DNA from: Candidatus Omnitrophota bacterium
GTDB taxonomy: Bacteria > Omnitrophota > Gorgyraeia > Zapsychrales > JAHFFX01
Direction: 5' to 3'
DNA: 64,000 nucleotides
Assembly (NCBI GenBank): GCA_023247725.1
Contig: JAHFFW010000013.1
Span: 1,031 to 65,030 of the forward strand
This document shows positions 16,751 through 26,761 of the stretch, piece by piece; position 1 is the first letter of the stretch; each line of letters begins with the position of its first letter. A program made the translations under genes and the position numbers. The notes beneath the pieces are model-generated. The model saw only the letters and a program-made list of their open reading frames with translations. It was not told the origin of the DNA and ran no database searches.

Positions 16751-18178
16751 TTAGAAGGCCACGCCAGCGTGAAGGATGGCCTGCTTGGCGGTACTATCAT
16801 TCGTACCGGCGAAGACATCACCTGGATTAAACCAGCCAAGATTCAAACCAACCTGGACATCTTCGGTGTAATCATACGTTAACTCGGCATCGACTTCAAA
16901 GCCAAGTCCCTTCTCATCAGTATTGTTGGCCACCGTGAGGGTGCCGCCGTCTGGCTGGCGGATCGCGAATGAAGAACCACGCAATTCCCTATCCAGCCAT
17001 AAACCGGTCCAAGTCACCTTGGCCGTGACATCTTCCATGGGAACCACGGAAGCGCTGGCCGTAAGGATGTGATCGTTGGTCAAATCAAAAAGCGTATTAT
17101 AGATTGACCCTCCAGCCTGATTTTCGAAGAATGGATCCCAGGCGGTGTATTTTTCATCACTTGCCGGACGGGCCGTATCTTCGGCTAATGCAGGATTGCT
17201 ATCACCGGAAAGATACGTATAAACTCCGGTTAAAACCGGATTCCATTTTGCGGTTGCTTCCAGGGGAACTTGATAATTGACGATGGCTTGTGCCGCCATG
17301 GCTTCGCGGTCTTGATTCTGCGCCACCGCCGTGGTCGTTAAGACGAAGTTACCTCTCTGCCAGGCCACTTCACCCTGGACATTCAATCCCTTGATCGGAT
17401 TGGTGCTCGCCCGCAAACCCGGCAAATAGACGGTATCGGATTTGTTGCCGCTGGAGCCCAGCGTCTGCGTGGACTTATCGATTCTGGCGAAGAAATAAGC
17501 CTCGGCTGTCGTATTCCAGTCATCACCGAAGGAGTAATTGAGGTTGGTTCCATACAGATCAACATCATCACTCCTGTCAGCCGCACCGGTTAAGGTGTTC
17601 GCATCGACCTTGAAATAAACCAGGTCAATGGTGAGCGGATTGAAATCCAATACTCCGCGGATACCATCGAGGGCGGTTTGCTTGGTCAGGTCATTGGCCA
17701 CACTGCTAAGCGCGCTGTCAGCCGGAGCCTGGTTATTGGTTCCGGTCGAATCAAAGACCAGACCATTTCCGTAGCGGACATCATTCATACGACCGGCATG
17801 AATCGTCAACGGGGATGAGAGAACATCCCGCAACGTCACTTTGGCCACATTGAGATCAATGTCCGTATTGGCACCACTGGGCGCATCCCATGGTCTCTCA
17901 TTGATGATTCCCAGGTGAGTGGACACATTGTCTGTCAGATCCGCGTCCACCCTGAGCCGGGTCTGCGTCAGAAACACGTTCTGACGTCTGTCACCGACAC
18001 GACCGGGCAGATTCGTTCCGGCGTTCGTGAGGGGTCCAGTAATACCCAAGTCAAAGTTGTCGCGCACCAACCAAGACGAATCGATGTCGCCGCTGACTTT
18101 GACGTTTTGCACACTAGCGAATGCCGGCACGGCCAGGAAAGCGACCATGAGCAGCGCTAAGAGTACTTTTTTGTTCAT
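16751..18178 (-). CDS. Outer-membrane beta-barrel protein (putative porin)
   Basis: Signal peptide MNKKVLLALLMVAFLAVPAFA, alternating amphipathic beta strands, C-terminal aromatic residue (..HAGVAF). Confidence 0.6.
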   Translation of the reverse strand: MNKKVLLALLMVAFLAVPAFASVQNVKVSGDIDSSWLVRDNFDLGITGPLTNAGTNLPGRVGDRRQNVFLTQTRLRVDADLTDNVSTHLGIINERPWDAPSGANTDIDLNVAKVTLRDVLSSPLTIHAGRMNDVRYGNGLVFDSTGTNNQAPADSALSSVANDLTKQTALDGIRGVLDFNPLTIDLVYFKVDANTLTGAADRSDDVDLYGTNLNYSFGDDWNTTAEAYFFARIDKSTQTLGSSGNKSDTVYLPGLRASTNPIKGLNVQGEVAWQRGNFVLTTTAVAQNQDREAMAAQAIVNYQVPLEATAKWNPVLTGVYTYLSGDSNPALAEDTARPASDEKYTAWDPFFENQAGGSIYNTLFDLTNDHILTASASVVPMEDVTAKVTWTGLWLDRELRGSSFAIRQPDGGTLTVANNTDEKGLGFEVDAELTYDYTEDVQVGLNLGWFNPGDVFAGTNDSTAKQAILHAGVAF

Positions 18179-18751
18179 TCTTTTTCTCCTTTGATTAAGC
18201 GCCTCGAGAAAAAAGGCACCTAATTTTATATCAATCTAGGGTTATATAATTTTGTATATATGGCCTAGCGAATTGCAACATTAGACCAGGGTTTGATGAT
18301 CCATGACTGTAACGTTTCATCCCTCCTTTCGTAGCCAGATTGGAATCATCACTGGGTTTAGAAGTGGGGACATTCTTACATACGGCTCAAAGCGTGTCAA
18401 GAAAATTTCCAAAAATTTTACGTGGCCTCTAAATCCTCGAAAAAAACGGGTTTATATCTTTTCGCCGTACGGTTTTTTTTATCCACCTGCCGGCAAGGCA
18501 GGAAAATGTAAACGATGTTCCGATTGCACACTTGCCCGTAGGGCTCATTTTTTCCACATTGCACGAAAATTTAAATCCCAAGAGAGACTTATGGAAGAAT
18601 CAAAACCAGGAATTTATGAAGGGGAAGGATTGCTGGCTGAGCCTAAACCGGGTTTTACAGATCGGCCGATGCCCTAATTAAGGAATTATAAATAATACTT
18701 ATATTATAGCAGGTATCCTTTGATATTCATTTCAAGGATCCTGAACCTAAA

Positions 18752-18826
18752 TGCGCCTGGACCGAATCGAACGGTCAACCTAGGCCTTAGGAGAGCCTCG
18801 CTCTATCCAAATTGAGCTACAGGCGC
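18752..18826 (-). tRNA. tRNA-Arg (anticodon CCT)
   Basis: Manual cloverleaf: acceptor GCGCCTG/CAGGCGC, D-arm GCTC..GAGC, anticodon stem AGGCT/GGCCT with loop CTCCTAA, T-arm GACCG-TTCGATT-CGGTC, discriminator A; no encoded CCA. Confidence 0.85.
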
Positions 18827-18910
18827 AGAATTTCAGGAAGGTTTTGAGAGTTGCCGAGGGTCTCACAAAACTCCACGACCCCTCATTGAGTTACCAAATG
18901 GCAATCAGGT

Positions 18911-18990
18911 CATCCGGAGATCCGGAAATGGGAATCCGGATACCCGGATATCCGGGTCATCATTTCCGAATTACCGGATTGCCGGATATC
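18911..18990. repeat. About 2.7 tandem copies of a 30-nt unit, each made of three (N)CCGGA(T) hexamers at 8-nt spacing; last copy overlaps the final codons of the TPR gene
   Basis: Hexamer starts at about 18913, 18921, 18935, 18943, 18951, 18965, 18973, 18981 (spacings 8, 14, 8, 8, 14, 8, 8). Confidence 0.6.
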
Positions 18991-21433
18991 CTGTATTTTT
19001 TTCATTTTCGTTCTTCGAATGCTCTTCCAAAATTTTTTGAAACTGACTCGGGGTGCGATAACCCAACGTCTGGGCGAGATCATTGTATTTAATGGCGTTA
19101 CGGTAATCGCCCAGCTTATAACAAAGGATCGATAAATTCACATAAGCATCCAAATGATCGGGATTGATGGCAATCGCCTGTTGGTAAAGGGCAATGGCTT
19201 GCGGCAATTGATCCTGCAGCGCGTAGATATTTCCCAAATTGTAGTAAGCTTCGGCATTATCCGGATCATACTGGATGGCCTTTTGATAATGCTCAATCGC
19301 GAGATCTCTCTGACCGGTGACTTCGAAAATAAATCCCAGATTAAAATGCGCCCTGGGGTGCTCAGGATTAATCGTCAGGGCCTTTCGGAAAAGATCAATC
19401 GCCTGGGTTTGCTGGCCCAGAAGAGCGAAAGTCTGCCCCAAACTGAGATAGGCATCAATATAATTCGCATCGATTCGGAGAACCTCTTGATAGGCCGCCT
19501 GTGCGTCTTTGAAATTATTGGTTTTCTCATAAACCTTGCCCAAGGCATAGATCGCTTTCGTGTGCCGAGGATTTTGCTCAATAATCTGACGAAAGGCCCG
19601 GATCGCTTGTTCATAATCACCGCTTTCGGCATAAAGCACGCCCAGATTGAACAGCGATTGCGTTCGTCCAGATTGAAAGGCCTTGACCGTAAATGTTTCC
19701 AGGATTTCATCGCGTCTGTGCCGGAGGATTTCCGGATGCGGACTTTTCTTCAAACCTTCGTTGATCGTCTGAACAATGTTAAAATAAACATCATCATTGT
19801 CCGGTTCCAGGAGAATGATCTGATTGAATGCCTCAATCGCCAGCCGGGGTTCTCCCAGCTGGATAAAAAGCGACCCCAGATTCAAATAAGCATCTTTAAA
19901 TTTCGCAGCAATTCTGATTGTCTGCTGATAGAGTTTAACGGCCTCGGGAATCATGCCCGCTTCCTTGTATAAATTCCCCAGATTCAAATAAGCATACTCA
20001 TAATTCGGATCTTGCCGGATCGATTCTTGATATAGAGAAACCAGATAATCAATCCTGCGGGCCATCTTTTGCGTCTCTTCATCGAGGGCTTGATCGCCCA
20101 GCCCCTGGCGACGTAATTCCATGATGGCGCGATAACGGGTGATGGCCTTTTTGTAATCCTTTTGTTCCCGATAGGCCGAGGCGAGGTTGTTTAACGCTAG
20201 CGGTTGAAAAGGTTCAAAAGCCAACTGGTGCTTTAGCAGGGTAATGCTATCGCGCCACACCAAAACCTGGGCGTTGGCTTTCAGCGCCAAAAAAAGAATG
20301 GCCAATAACGATACGCCTCCCGTCGCCCACCGCCACAAGGCGGGTTTTATTTCTATCCGGCTGGCCAGCCATTGAGCCCCGGCTCCAATCAGAAAACACA
20401 TCCCGAGGCTGGGCAAATACATAAAGCGATCGGCCACCACATTGATATCCTTGGCATCATCAAATCGCAGCAAAAAGAAAATGGATAGCACATAAAAAAG
20501 AAAAGCGAACATGACCCAACGGTTTCTCTGCAATCGGTAGACAAAGAGAATCAAGGCCAAAAAAACCGCCAATGAAACAATATATTCGGGATTCGCCCAT
20601 CCGACGGGTTTGGGTAGATCATAAATGGGGACAAAGAATTGGGGGAACCAAAATTGCCGGATGTAAAAAACAAAGGTCCAGATCCAGACTAATAAACTTT
20701 CGAGGGGACCATTGGTGGATGGCAGGCGTAGATGCACCGAATACGTCATCCAACCCAGCCCCGCCAAAATAATCAACAAGGGAATTTTTTGCCAGACCAC
20801 TTCCGGGCGCCAGGGTTTTCTTTCAAACCAATCCAAAAGAAATAAAATGAGGGGCAAGCTGAGCGCCATCGGTTTGGCCAACATGCTCAAGGTTCCAAAA
20901 AGAAGCACAAGCGCATACCGCCATCCCTGCGGCTGACGTGAAAAATTCAGATATTGCCAAACTGCTAAAAGATAAAAGAAGGCATACAATACATCCTTGC
21001 GCTCGGTGACCCAGACGACGGATTCGACATGCATCGGATGAATGCCAAAAATGAAACTGGCGAGCGCACTCGCCCCTGGAGCGAGCCCTAGCCGCAAACC
21101 CAGAGCGTAAATAAGAACCACGATCACCAAATGCAACAGCACATTATCCAGATGATAAACAAACGGGTTGAAGCCAAAAAAATGATATTCGAGGGCAAAA
21201 GACAGCGAGGTCAAAGGGACATAGGTCATGTTGACCCGCTGGGTGAACATATCGATGAGATGTTCGCGATCCAGCGCCCGGATGGAGAGATTATTTAAGA
21301 GATGGACTTCGTCATCCCAGTTCACGAATTGCGAGAACAAGGAAGGGAAATAGCAGACAAAAACCGCAAGAAGGACCGCCGCGAGAACAACCCACGATCT
21401 GCGTTTTTCTGTCACTTTAACCTTATTCACCAT
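18971..21433 (-). CDS. TMTC-like membrane protein: N-terminal polytopic DUF1736/PMT-like domain plus long C-terminal TPR array
   Basis: About 11 TM helices in the first 400 aa, then at least 10 TPR repeats (AYLNLGNLY.., AIEAF.., AIALYQQAI..). Confidence 0.75.
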   Translation of the reverse strand: MVNKVKVTEKRRSWVVLAAVLLAVFVCYFPSLFSQFVNWDDEVHLLNNLSIRALDREHLIDMFTQRVNMTYVPLTSLSFALEYHFFGFNPFVYHLDNVLLHLVIVVLIYALGLRLGLAPGASALASFIFGIHPMHVESVVWVTERKDVLYAFFYLLAVWQYLNFSRQPQGWRYALVLLFGTLSMLAKPMALSLPLILFLLDWFERKPWRPEVVWQKIPLLIILAGLGWMTYSVHLRLPSTNGPLESLLVWIWTFVFYIRQFWFPQFFVPIYDLPKPVGWANPEYIVSLAVFLALILFVYRLQRNRWVMFAFLFYVLSIFFLLRFDDAKDINVVADRFMYLPSLGMCFLIGAGAQWLASRIEIKPALWRWATGGVSLLAILFLALKANAQVLVWRDSITLLKHQLAFEPFQPLALNNLASAYREQKDYKKAITRYRAIMELRRQGLGDQALDEETQKMARRIDYLVSLYQESIRQDPNYEYAYLNLGNLYKEAGMIPEAVKLYQQTIRIAAKFKDAYLNLGSLFIQLGEPRLAIEAFNQIILLEPDNDDVYFNIVQTINEGLKKSPHPEILRHRRDEILETFTVKAFQSGRTQSLFNLGVLYAESGDYEQAIRAFRQIIEQNPRHTKAIYALGKVYEKTNNFKDAQAAYQEVLRIDANYIDAYLSLGQTFALLGQQTQAIDLFRKALTINPEHPRAHFNLGFIFEVTGQRDLAIEHYQKAIQYDPDNAEAYYNLGNIYALQDQLPQAIALYQQAIAINPDHLDAYVNLSILCYKLGDYRNAIKYNDLAQTLGYRTPSQFQKILEEHSKNENEKNTGYPAIR

Positions 21434-21436
21434 GAA

Positions 21437-21970
21437 TCAATATTTAATGATGGAATAGACGGGATACTCTTTGAGCTTGTCTTTGCCATTGAGGAAGCTC
21501 AACTCGACGAGGAAGGCCAGGCCAACGATATTGGCATGCTGGGCCTTGATGAGATCGGTCACAGCCCGAATGGTTCCTCCGGTCGCCAAAAGGTCATCGA
21601 CGATCAGGACACGGCTGCCCGGGTCAATGGCGTCTTCGTGGATCTCCAGCGTATCCGTGCCATATTCGAGAGAATAGGTGATGCTGCGGGTTTTATAGGG
21701 AAGCTTGCCTTTTTTTCGCACCGGAACAAATCCGGCCCCGAGCTTGTAGGCCAAAACTGCCCCGAAGATGAAGCCCCTGGCCTCCACTCCGACGACATAA
21801 TCGATTTTCTTATCCTTAAATTTTTTGACCAACTGATCAACCGATTTCTTCAAGGCCGCCTTGTTGCGTAGCAGGGTCGAAACATCCTTGAAGATGATGC
21901 CTTCTTTGGGGAAATTGGGAATATCGCGAATGCAGGTTTTTAAATTCAACGCTCGGGTCCTCCCTGGCAT
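21437..21970 (-). CDS. apt: Adenine phosphoribosyltransferase (ORF extends to 22036; likely start MPGRTRALNLKTCIRDIP)
   Basis: IRDIPNFPKEGIIFKD and PRT motif VLIVDDLLATGGT. Confidence 0.85.
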   Translation of the reverse strand: MPGRTRALNLKTCIRDIPNFPKEGIIFKDVSTLLRNKAALKKSVDQLVKKFKDKKIDYVVGVEARGFIFGAVLAYKLGAGFVPVRKKGKLPYKTRSITYSLEYGTDTLEIHEDAIDPGSRVLIVDDLLATGGTIRAVTDLIKAQHANIVGLAFLVELSFLNGKDKLKEYPVYSIIKY

Positions 21971-22153
21971 AAGTCCTCTTTCTATCCCTTCATGGCATTT
22001 GGTTCTCAAGTTTAGCGCAGATGATACAGATCGCACGCGGATTAAAGCCGATCGACGTCACCGAAACCCGAAACGGGCATCCTAACCATAACCGTAACCG
22101 AATTCCTTTTGGTTTGCGGCTTCGCTGCGTCAGGATTATCCGCGTTTGCTCTG

Positions 22154-23014
22154 TTACATCACATGAGCCGGAGGAGAGACAGAGTCCCGGCGAATAAATT
22201 TGGCCTCTAAGGTGACCTTGACCGGCAAACGCGCCTTGCCCTTTGCGATCTCATTCAAATGTTCTGCCCCCAGGCGCCCCATTTCCACCAAAGGTTGTCT
22301 GACCGTGGTCAGGCTCACGGAACAATGGACATTCAAAGGATTGTCGTCAAATCCAGCGACGGAAAGATCCTGAGGGATGCGCAGTTTTTTAGATTTGGCC
22401 ACATCCATCAATTCCATGGCCATGACATCCGAAGCGGCAAAAACCGCCGTCGGAGGTTCTTTCAATGCCAACAATTTCATCGCCGACTCGCGGGCCGGGG
22501 TTCGCAAAAATCCCCCGTAGGTAACAAAATCTTTTTGCAAGGGGATCTCCTGCGACTTCAAGGCCTCTTGATAACCTTCCAAGCGCAGTAAACCGGCCTG
22601 GGTCGTCTGATCGCCGGCGATCGTGGCAATCCGGCGGTGACCCAATTTGATGAATGACTCCACGACCTCAAGTGCGGCCTGTTTGTTATTGATCGAAATA
22701 CAGTTGATGGGTTCCTCTAACATATTATTGAGGACCATGCAGGGCATGCCCGCCCGGATGGCTTTCTTGACCACATGCACGTCGTTATCAATATCGGCAA
22801 AGATAATCCCGTCGACGTAACGATGATCCAAAAGCGAAGAATCAAGCCAGCCGCGATGGTCATGACGGCTGGTCAAATGGATCAGGATATCGGTTTTCAA
22901 ACGACTGGCCGCCAGACTCACGCCCTTAATGATTTCTCCGGCATAAAAGGAATGGAAGATATCTTCAAAGGTGGGAACAACCAAAACGAATGTCTGTTTC
23001 CTTTTTTTATTCAT
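22154..23014 (-). CDS. LacI-type periplasmic-binding-fold (sugar-binding) domain protein lacking the N-terminal HTH
   Basis: 286 aa; alignable to the LacI/GalR ligand-binding core (IDGIIF, RIATIAG, VFAASDVMA, SVAGFDD); begins 8 nt after the sigma factor stop, leaving no room for a DNA-binding domain. Confidence 0.7.
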   Translation of the reverse strand: MNKKRKQTFVLVVPTFEDIFHSFYAGEIIKGVSLAASRLKTDILIHLTSRHDHRGWLDSSLLDHRYVDGIIFADIDNDVHVVKKAIRAGMPCMVLNNMLEEPINCISINNKQAALEVVESFIKLGHRRIATIAGDQTTQAGLLRLEGYQEALKSQEIPLQKDFVTYGGFLRTPARESAMKLLALKEPPTAVFAASDVMAMELMDVAKSKKLRIPQDLSVAGFDDNPLNVHCSVSLTTVRQPLVEMGRLGAEHLNEIAKGKARLPVKVTLEAKFIRRDSVSPPAHVM

Positions 23015-23022
23015 AAAAAATT

Positions 23023-23835
23023 CTACAGCGGCTTTTCTTTCTTTTTTAAAAGACGGCGGATCTTTTTGATGGTCGCAGCCTCGACCTGTCGGATCCTTTC
23101 GCGCGAGACCCCCATCTCCTTGGCAATCTCGGCCAAGGTCCGGGTATTGCCATCGGTCAGGCCAAAGCGCAAATCAATGATCTTGCGTTCCCGCTCGGTC
23201 AAAAGATCCAACAAACCCATGGCGCGTTCCTTATTGAAGAATGTCTCGATTTCTTCGTCGGGACTAGTTGTGGTCTGATCTTCAATAATATCCTTGATCT
23301 GTCCGTCGCCCTCTTCGCCAATGGGCGCATCAAGGCTCGACATCTTGGCGATGGCCCCTTCGAGATCGCGGATCTTATCGACCCCAAGGTGCATTTTCTT
23401 CGCGACCTCGCCTGCCATGGGTCGGCGTTTGAGTTTGTGCGTCATTTTCTCGATGACTTTTTTGTATTTCAGGATTTCCTCATTCATATAAACCGGAACC
23501 CGGATCATCTTGCCCTGATCGATGATCGCCCGGGAAATCCCCTGTTTGATCCACCAGGCCGCATACGTCGAGAAACGAAATCCCCGCTGGGGATCAAATT
23601 TTTCAACGGCCTTCATGAGTCCAATGTTGCCTTCCTCGATCAAATCGCTTAAAGGAACTCCGAGGTTCACATATTTCTTCGCGATGCTGATGACCAGACG
23701 CAGATTCGAACGGATCATGGTTTCTCTGGCCTCCTTGTCCCCTTTTTGAATCTTGCGGGCCAAATCCAGTTCACTTTCCGCGGTCAAAAGCGGAATGGGA
23801 CGGACATCTTTGAGATAGGCTTTGATGGGATCCAT
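23023..23835 (-). CDS. Sigma-70 family RNA polymerase sigma factor (regions 1.2-4, RpoD/SigA-like short form)
   Basis: Region 2 (LIEEGNIGLMKAVEKFD, FSTYAAWWIKQ), region 3, region 4 HTH (TLAEIAKEMGVSRERIRQVEA). Confidence 0.85.
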   Translation of the reverse strand: MDPIKAYLKDVRPIPLLTAESELDLARKIQKGDKEARETMIRSNLRLVISIAKKYVNLGVPLSDLIEEGNIGLMKAVEKFDPQRGFRFSTYAAWWIKQGISRAIIDQGKMIRVPVYMNEEILKYKKVIEKMTHKLKRRPMAGEVAKKMHLGVDKIRDLEGAIAKMSSLDAPIGEEGDGQIKDIIEDQTTTSPDEEIETFFNKERAMGLLDLLTERERKIIDLRFGLTDGNTRTLAEIAKEMGVSRERIRQVEAATIKKIRRLLKKKEKPL

Positions 23836-23887
23836 GTTCGAGTTAACTTGCGTTCCGTAGGACGTGAGACGTAGGACGTCCCACGTC

Positions 23888-26662
23888 TTATTTTTTCTTC
23901 TTTCTTGTCGATCCTCTATTGTTCAACTTCGCGGCGCTCCCATCCGCCAGCGCCGCCTGGGCAGCGGCCAACCGGGCGATCGGCACGCGATAAGGGCTGC
24001 AGCTGACATAGTCCATGCCGACCTTGTGGCAAAAATCAATGGAGGCCGGATCTCCACCATGTTCGCCACAGATACCGATTTTTAATTTTGGTTGAACCGA
24101 ACGCCCCTTCTGCACGGCAATCGAAATCAATTGCCCGACCCCCTTGAGGTCAATGGATTGGAAAGGATCCTCTGGTAGAATTTTTTTATCCAGATACTCC
24201 GGCAAAAATCCGCCAATGTCGTCGCGGGAAAACCCAAAGGTCATCTGCGTCAAATCATTGGTCCCAAAGGAAAAAAATTCCGCTTCGGTGGCAACATGAT
24301 CTGCCGTCAAGGCTGCGCGCGGAACTTCGATCATCGTCCCGAATAAATGCGGGATCTCTTTGACATTGTATTTTTGGCAAACCTCGTCATAAACTTTTTG
24401 CGCGAGCATTTTCTGATGTTTCAATTCGGTCACCGCTCCGATGACGGGAATCATGATTTCCGGAAAAACCTTCTGGCCTTCCTTTGAAAGCTCGACGGCG
24501 GCTTCCAGAACGGCGCGAATCTGCATCTCGGTGACCTCCGGATACGTGATTCCCAACCGCACGCCCCGATGACCCATCATGGGATTGTTTTCATGCAATC
24601 CAGCGGCTCGTTTTTGCAACTCACTCATGTCAATATTCAAACTTTTAGCCAATTCCTGCAACTGCTCGGTTTGATGCGGAACGAACTCATGCAACGGCGG
24701 ATCCAAAAGCCGAACGGTGACGGGGAATCCCTGCATGGCCTCGAGTGTTCCCTTGATATCCTTTTTGACATGGGGGAACAATTCACTTAAGGCGTTCTGA
24801 CGTTCGGTCAGGGTTTTGGATACAATCATCTTGCGAAGTTTGAACAACGGGACTTCCGAACCTTTGCCATAAAACATATGCTCGGTGCGGAATAGTCCAA
24901 TGCCCTCAGCGCCAAAGGCCCGGCCCTTTGCCGCGTCCTCGGGTGTGTCAGCGTTCGTCCGAATCTTCAAACGCCGGAATTGATCGCACACCTGGAGGAA
25001 TTCGGTGAAGAGTTTATTTTCTTCAGCCGCGTCGATCATGGCGAGGCGCCCCTCATAAAATGCGCCTTTGGTTCCATTGAGGGTGATCCAATCTCCCTCT
25101 TTCAGAACTTTCCCGTCGATATGCATATTTTTGTTTGGAAGGTCCACTTCGATATCGGAACATCCCACAATGCAGCATTTGCCCCAGCCTCTGGCAACCA
25201 AGGCAGCATGGGAAGTCATTCCGCCGCGGGCCGTGAGGATCGCCTCCGCCGCGCGCATCCCTTCGACGTCTTCGGGATTGGTTTCTTCCCGAACGAGGAT
25301 CACGGGTTTTCCATTTTTCTTCCAGGAAACCGCATCATGAGCGGTAAAGACCACCTGACCGGCGGCGGCGCCCGGCCCCGCCGGAAGACCTTTGCCCAAT
25401 TTTTTTGCCGCCATCTCGGCCTTGGGATCGATGATGGGATGAAGCAATTCGTCGAGCTGAGAAGGTGTCACCCGGGAGATGGCATCGACGGGTTTAATCA
25501 ATTTTTCTTTCACCATATCCATCACCATCTTGACGGCGGCCGGACCGTTGCGCTTGCCAGTACGGCATTGCAGCATGAAGAGCGCCCCATCTTCGACGGT
25601 GAATTCAATGTCTTGCATATCGCGGTAATGTCTTTCCAAGCGACGGCGGATATCTTCCAGCTGCCGGTAGATGTTGGGGTTTTGTTCTTGCAAGGTCTGC
25701 AAATGACGATTGTGACCGCTCTGAGAATATTTGTTGATGGGAGACGGGGTTCGAATGCCCGCCACCACGTCTTCCCCCTGAGCGTTAATCAGATATTCGC
25801 CATAAAACTGGTTTTCTCCGTTGCCGGGATTACGGGTAAAGGCCACACCCGTCGAGGAATTATTCCCCATGTTTCCAAAGGCCATGGATTGAACATTCAC
25901 GGCCGTGCCCCATTCATCCGGAATACCTTCGATCCGACGATAAGAAATCGCCCGTTTTCCATTCCACGAAGCAAAGACAGCCCCGATTCCGCCCCACAAC
26001 TGTTGGTACGGATCATCGGGAAAGGGTTTGCCTAAAACTTCCTTGACCTTGGCCTTGTATTGACCAACCAACCGTTTCAAATCTTCCGCGGAAAGTTCCG
26101 CATCGGTCTTAACGCCTCTTTGCTGTTTGGTTCCCTCCAAAATTTTATCCAATTGAACCCGGATGCCCTGGCCTTCGGCCGGTTCGATCCCGGCGGCCTT
26201 TTCCATGACCACATCCGAATACATCGTGATCAACCGGCGGTAGGCGTCGTAGGCAAAGCGTTCGTTGCCGGTTTTCTTGATAAGACCCTTAATCGTTTTT
26301 TCCGTCAAGCCCACATTCAAAACGGTCTCCATCATCCCCGGCATGGACCTGCGGGCACCAGAACGGACCGAAACCAAAAGGGGATTTTCCGGATCACCAA
26401 ACTTTTTGCCCATGATCGCTTCCACTTTTTTTAAAGCGGCCAAAACTTCTTTCTCAAGACCGGGGGGATATTTCCTCTCATTTTGATAGGTGTACGTGCA
26501 AACCTCCGTCGTGATGGTGAACCCCGGCGGAACGGGCAATTTCAAATCGGGGTGTCCCGCCATCTCCGCGAGGTTGGCCCCTTTGCCGCCCAAAAGATTT
26601 TTCATCTCTGCGGTCCCGTCCGCCTTACCCCCGCCGAAAAAGTACACAAACTTCTTTGCCAT
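23888..26662 (-). CDS. ppdK: Pyruvate, phosphate dikinase
   Basis: Full-length 924 aa; N-terminal MAKKFVYFFGGGKADGTAEMKNLLGGKGANLAEM, phospho-histidine and PEP-utilising domains. Confidence 0.95.
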   Translation of the reverse strand: MAKKFVYFFGGGKADGTAEMKNLLGGKGANLAEMAGHPDLKLPVPPGFTITTEVCTYTYQNERKYPPGLEKEVLAALKKVEAIMGKKFGDPENPLLVSVRSGARRSMPGMMETVLNVGLTEKTIKGLIKKTGNERFAYDAYRRLITMYSDVVMEKAAGIEPAEGQGIRVQLDKILEGTKQQRGVKTDAELSAEDLKRLVGQYKAKVKEVLGKPFPDDPYQQLWGGIGAVFASWNGKRAISYRRIEGIPDEWGTAVNVQSMAFGNMGNNSSTGVAFTRNPGNGENQFYGEYLINAQGEDVVAGIRTPSPINKYSQSGHNRHLQTLQEQNPNIYRQLEDIRRRLERHYRDMQDIEFTVEDGALFMLQCRTGKRNGPAAVKMVMDMVKEKLIKPVDAISRVTPSQLDELLHPIIDPKAEMAAKKLGKGLPAGPGAAAGQVVFTAHDAVSWKKNGKPVILVREETNPEDVEGMRAAEAILTARGGMTSHAALVARGWGKCCIVGCSDIEVDLPNKNMHIDGKVLKEGDWITLNGTKGAFYEGRLAMIDAAEENKLFTEFLQVCDQFRRLKIRTNADTPEDAAKGRAFGAEGIGLFRTEHMFYGKGSEVPLFKLRKMIVSKTLTERQNALSELFPHVKKDIKGTLEAMQGFPVTVRLLDPPLHEFVPHQTEQLQELAKSLNIDMSELQKRAAGLHENNPMMGHRGVRLGITYPEVTEMQIRAVLEAAVELSKEGQKVFPEIMIPVIGAVTELKHQKMLAQKVYDEVCQKYNVKEIPHLFGTMIEVPRAALTADHVATEAEFFSFGTNDLTQMTFGFSRDDIGGFLPEYLDKKILPEDPFQSIDLKGVGQLISIAVQKGRSVQPKLKIGICGEHGGDPASIDFCHKVGMDYVSCSPYRVPIARLAAAQAALADGSAAKLNNRGSTRKKKK

Positions 26663-26761
26663 TGCGATGTGCTCCCTTCTGTTGTTATAAAAACCTCAAG
26701 TGGCTCCAAGTCACCCAGCAACCCAGCTAAAACATTTCTGGGACGCTGGGTGCTGGGCATC

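Noticed and set aside
18303-18677. Plus-strand 124-aa ORF (and 18844..19092) in the porin upstream region
   Set aside because: Compositionally non-protein-like, no homology recognised, surrounded by minus-strand genes; overlaps the tRNA-Arg and repeat region.
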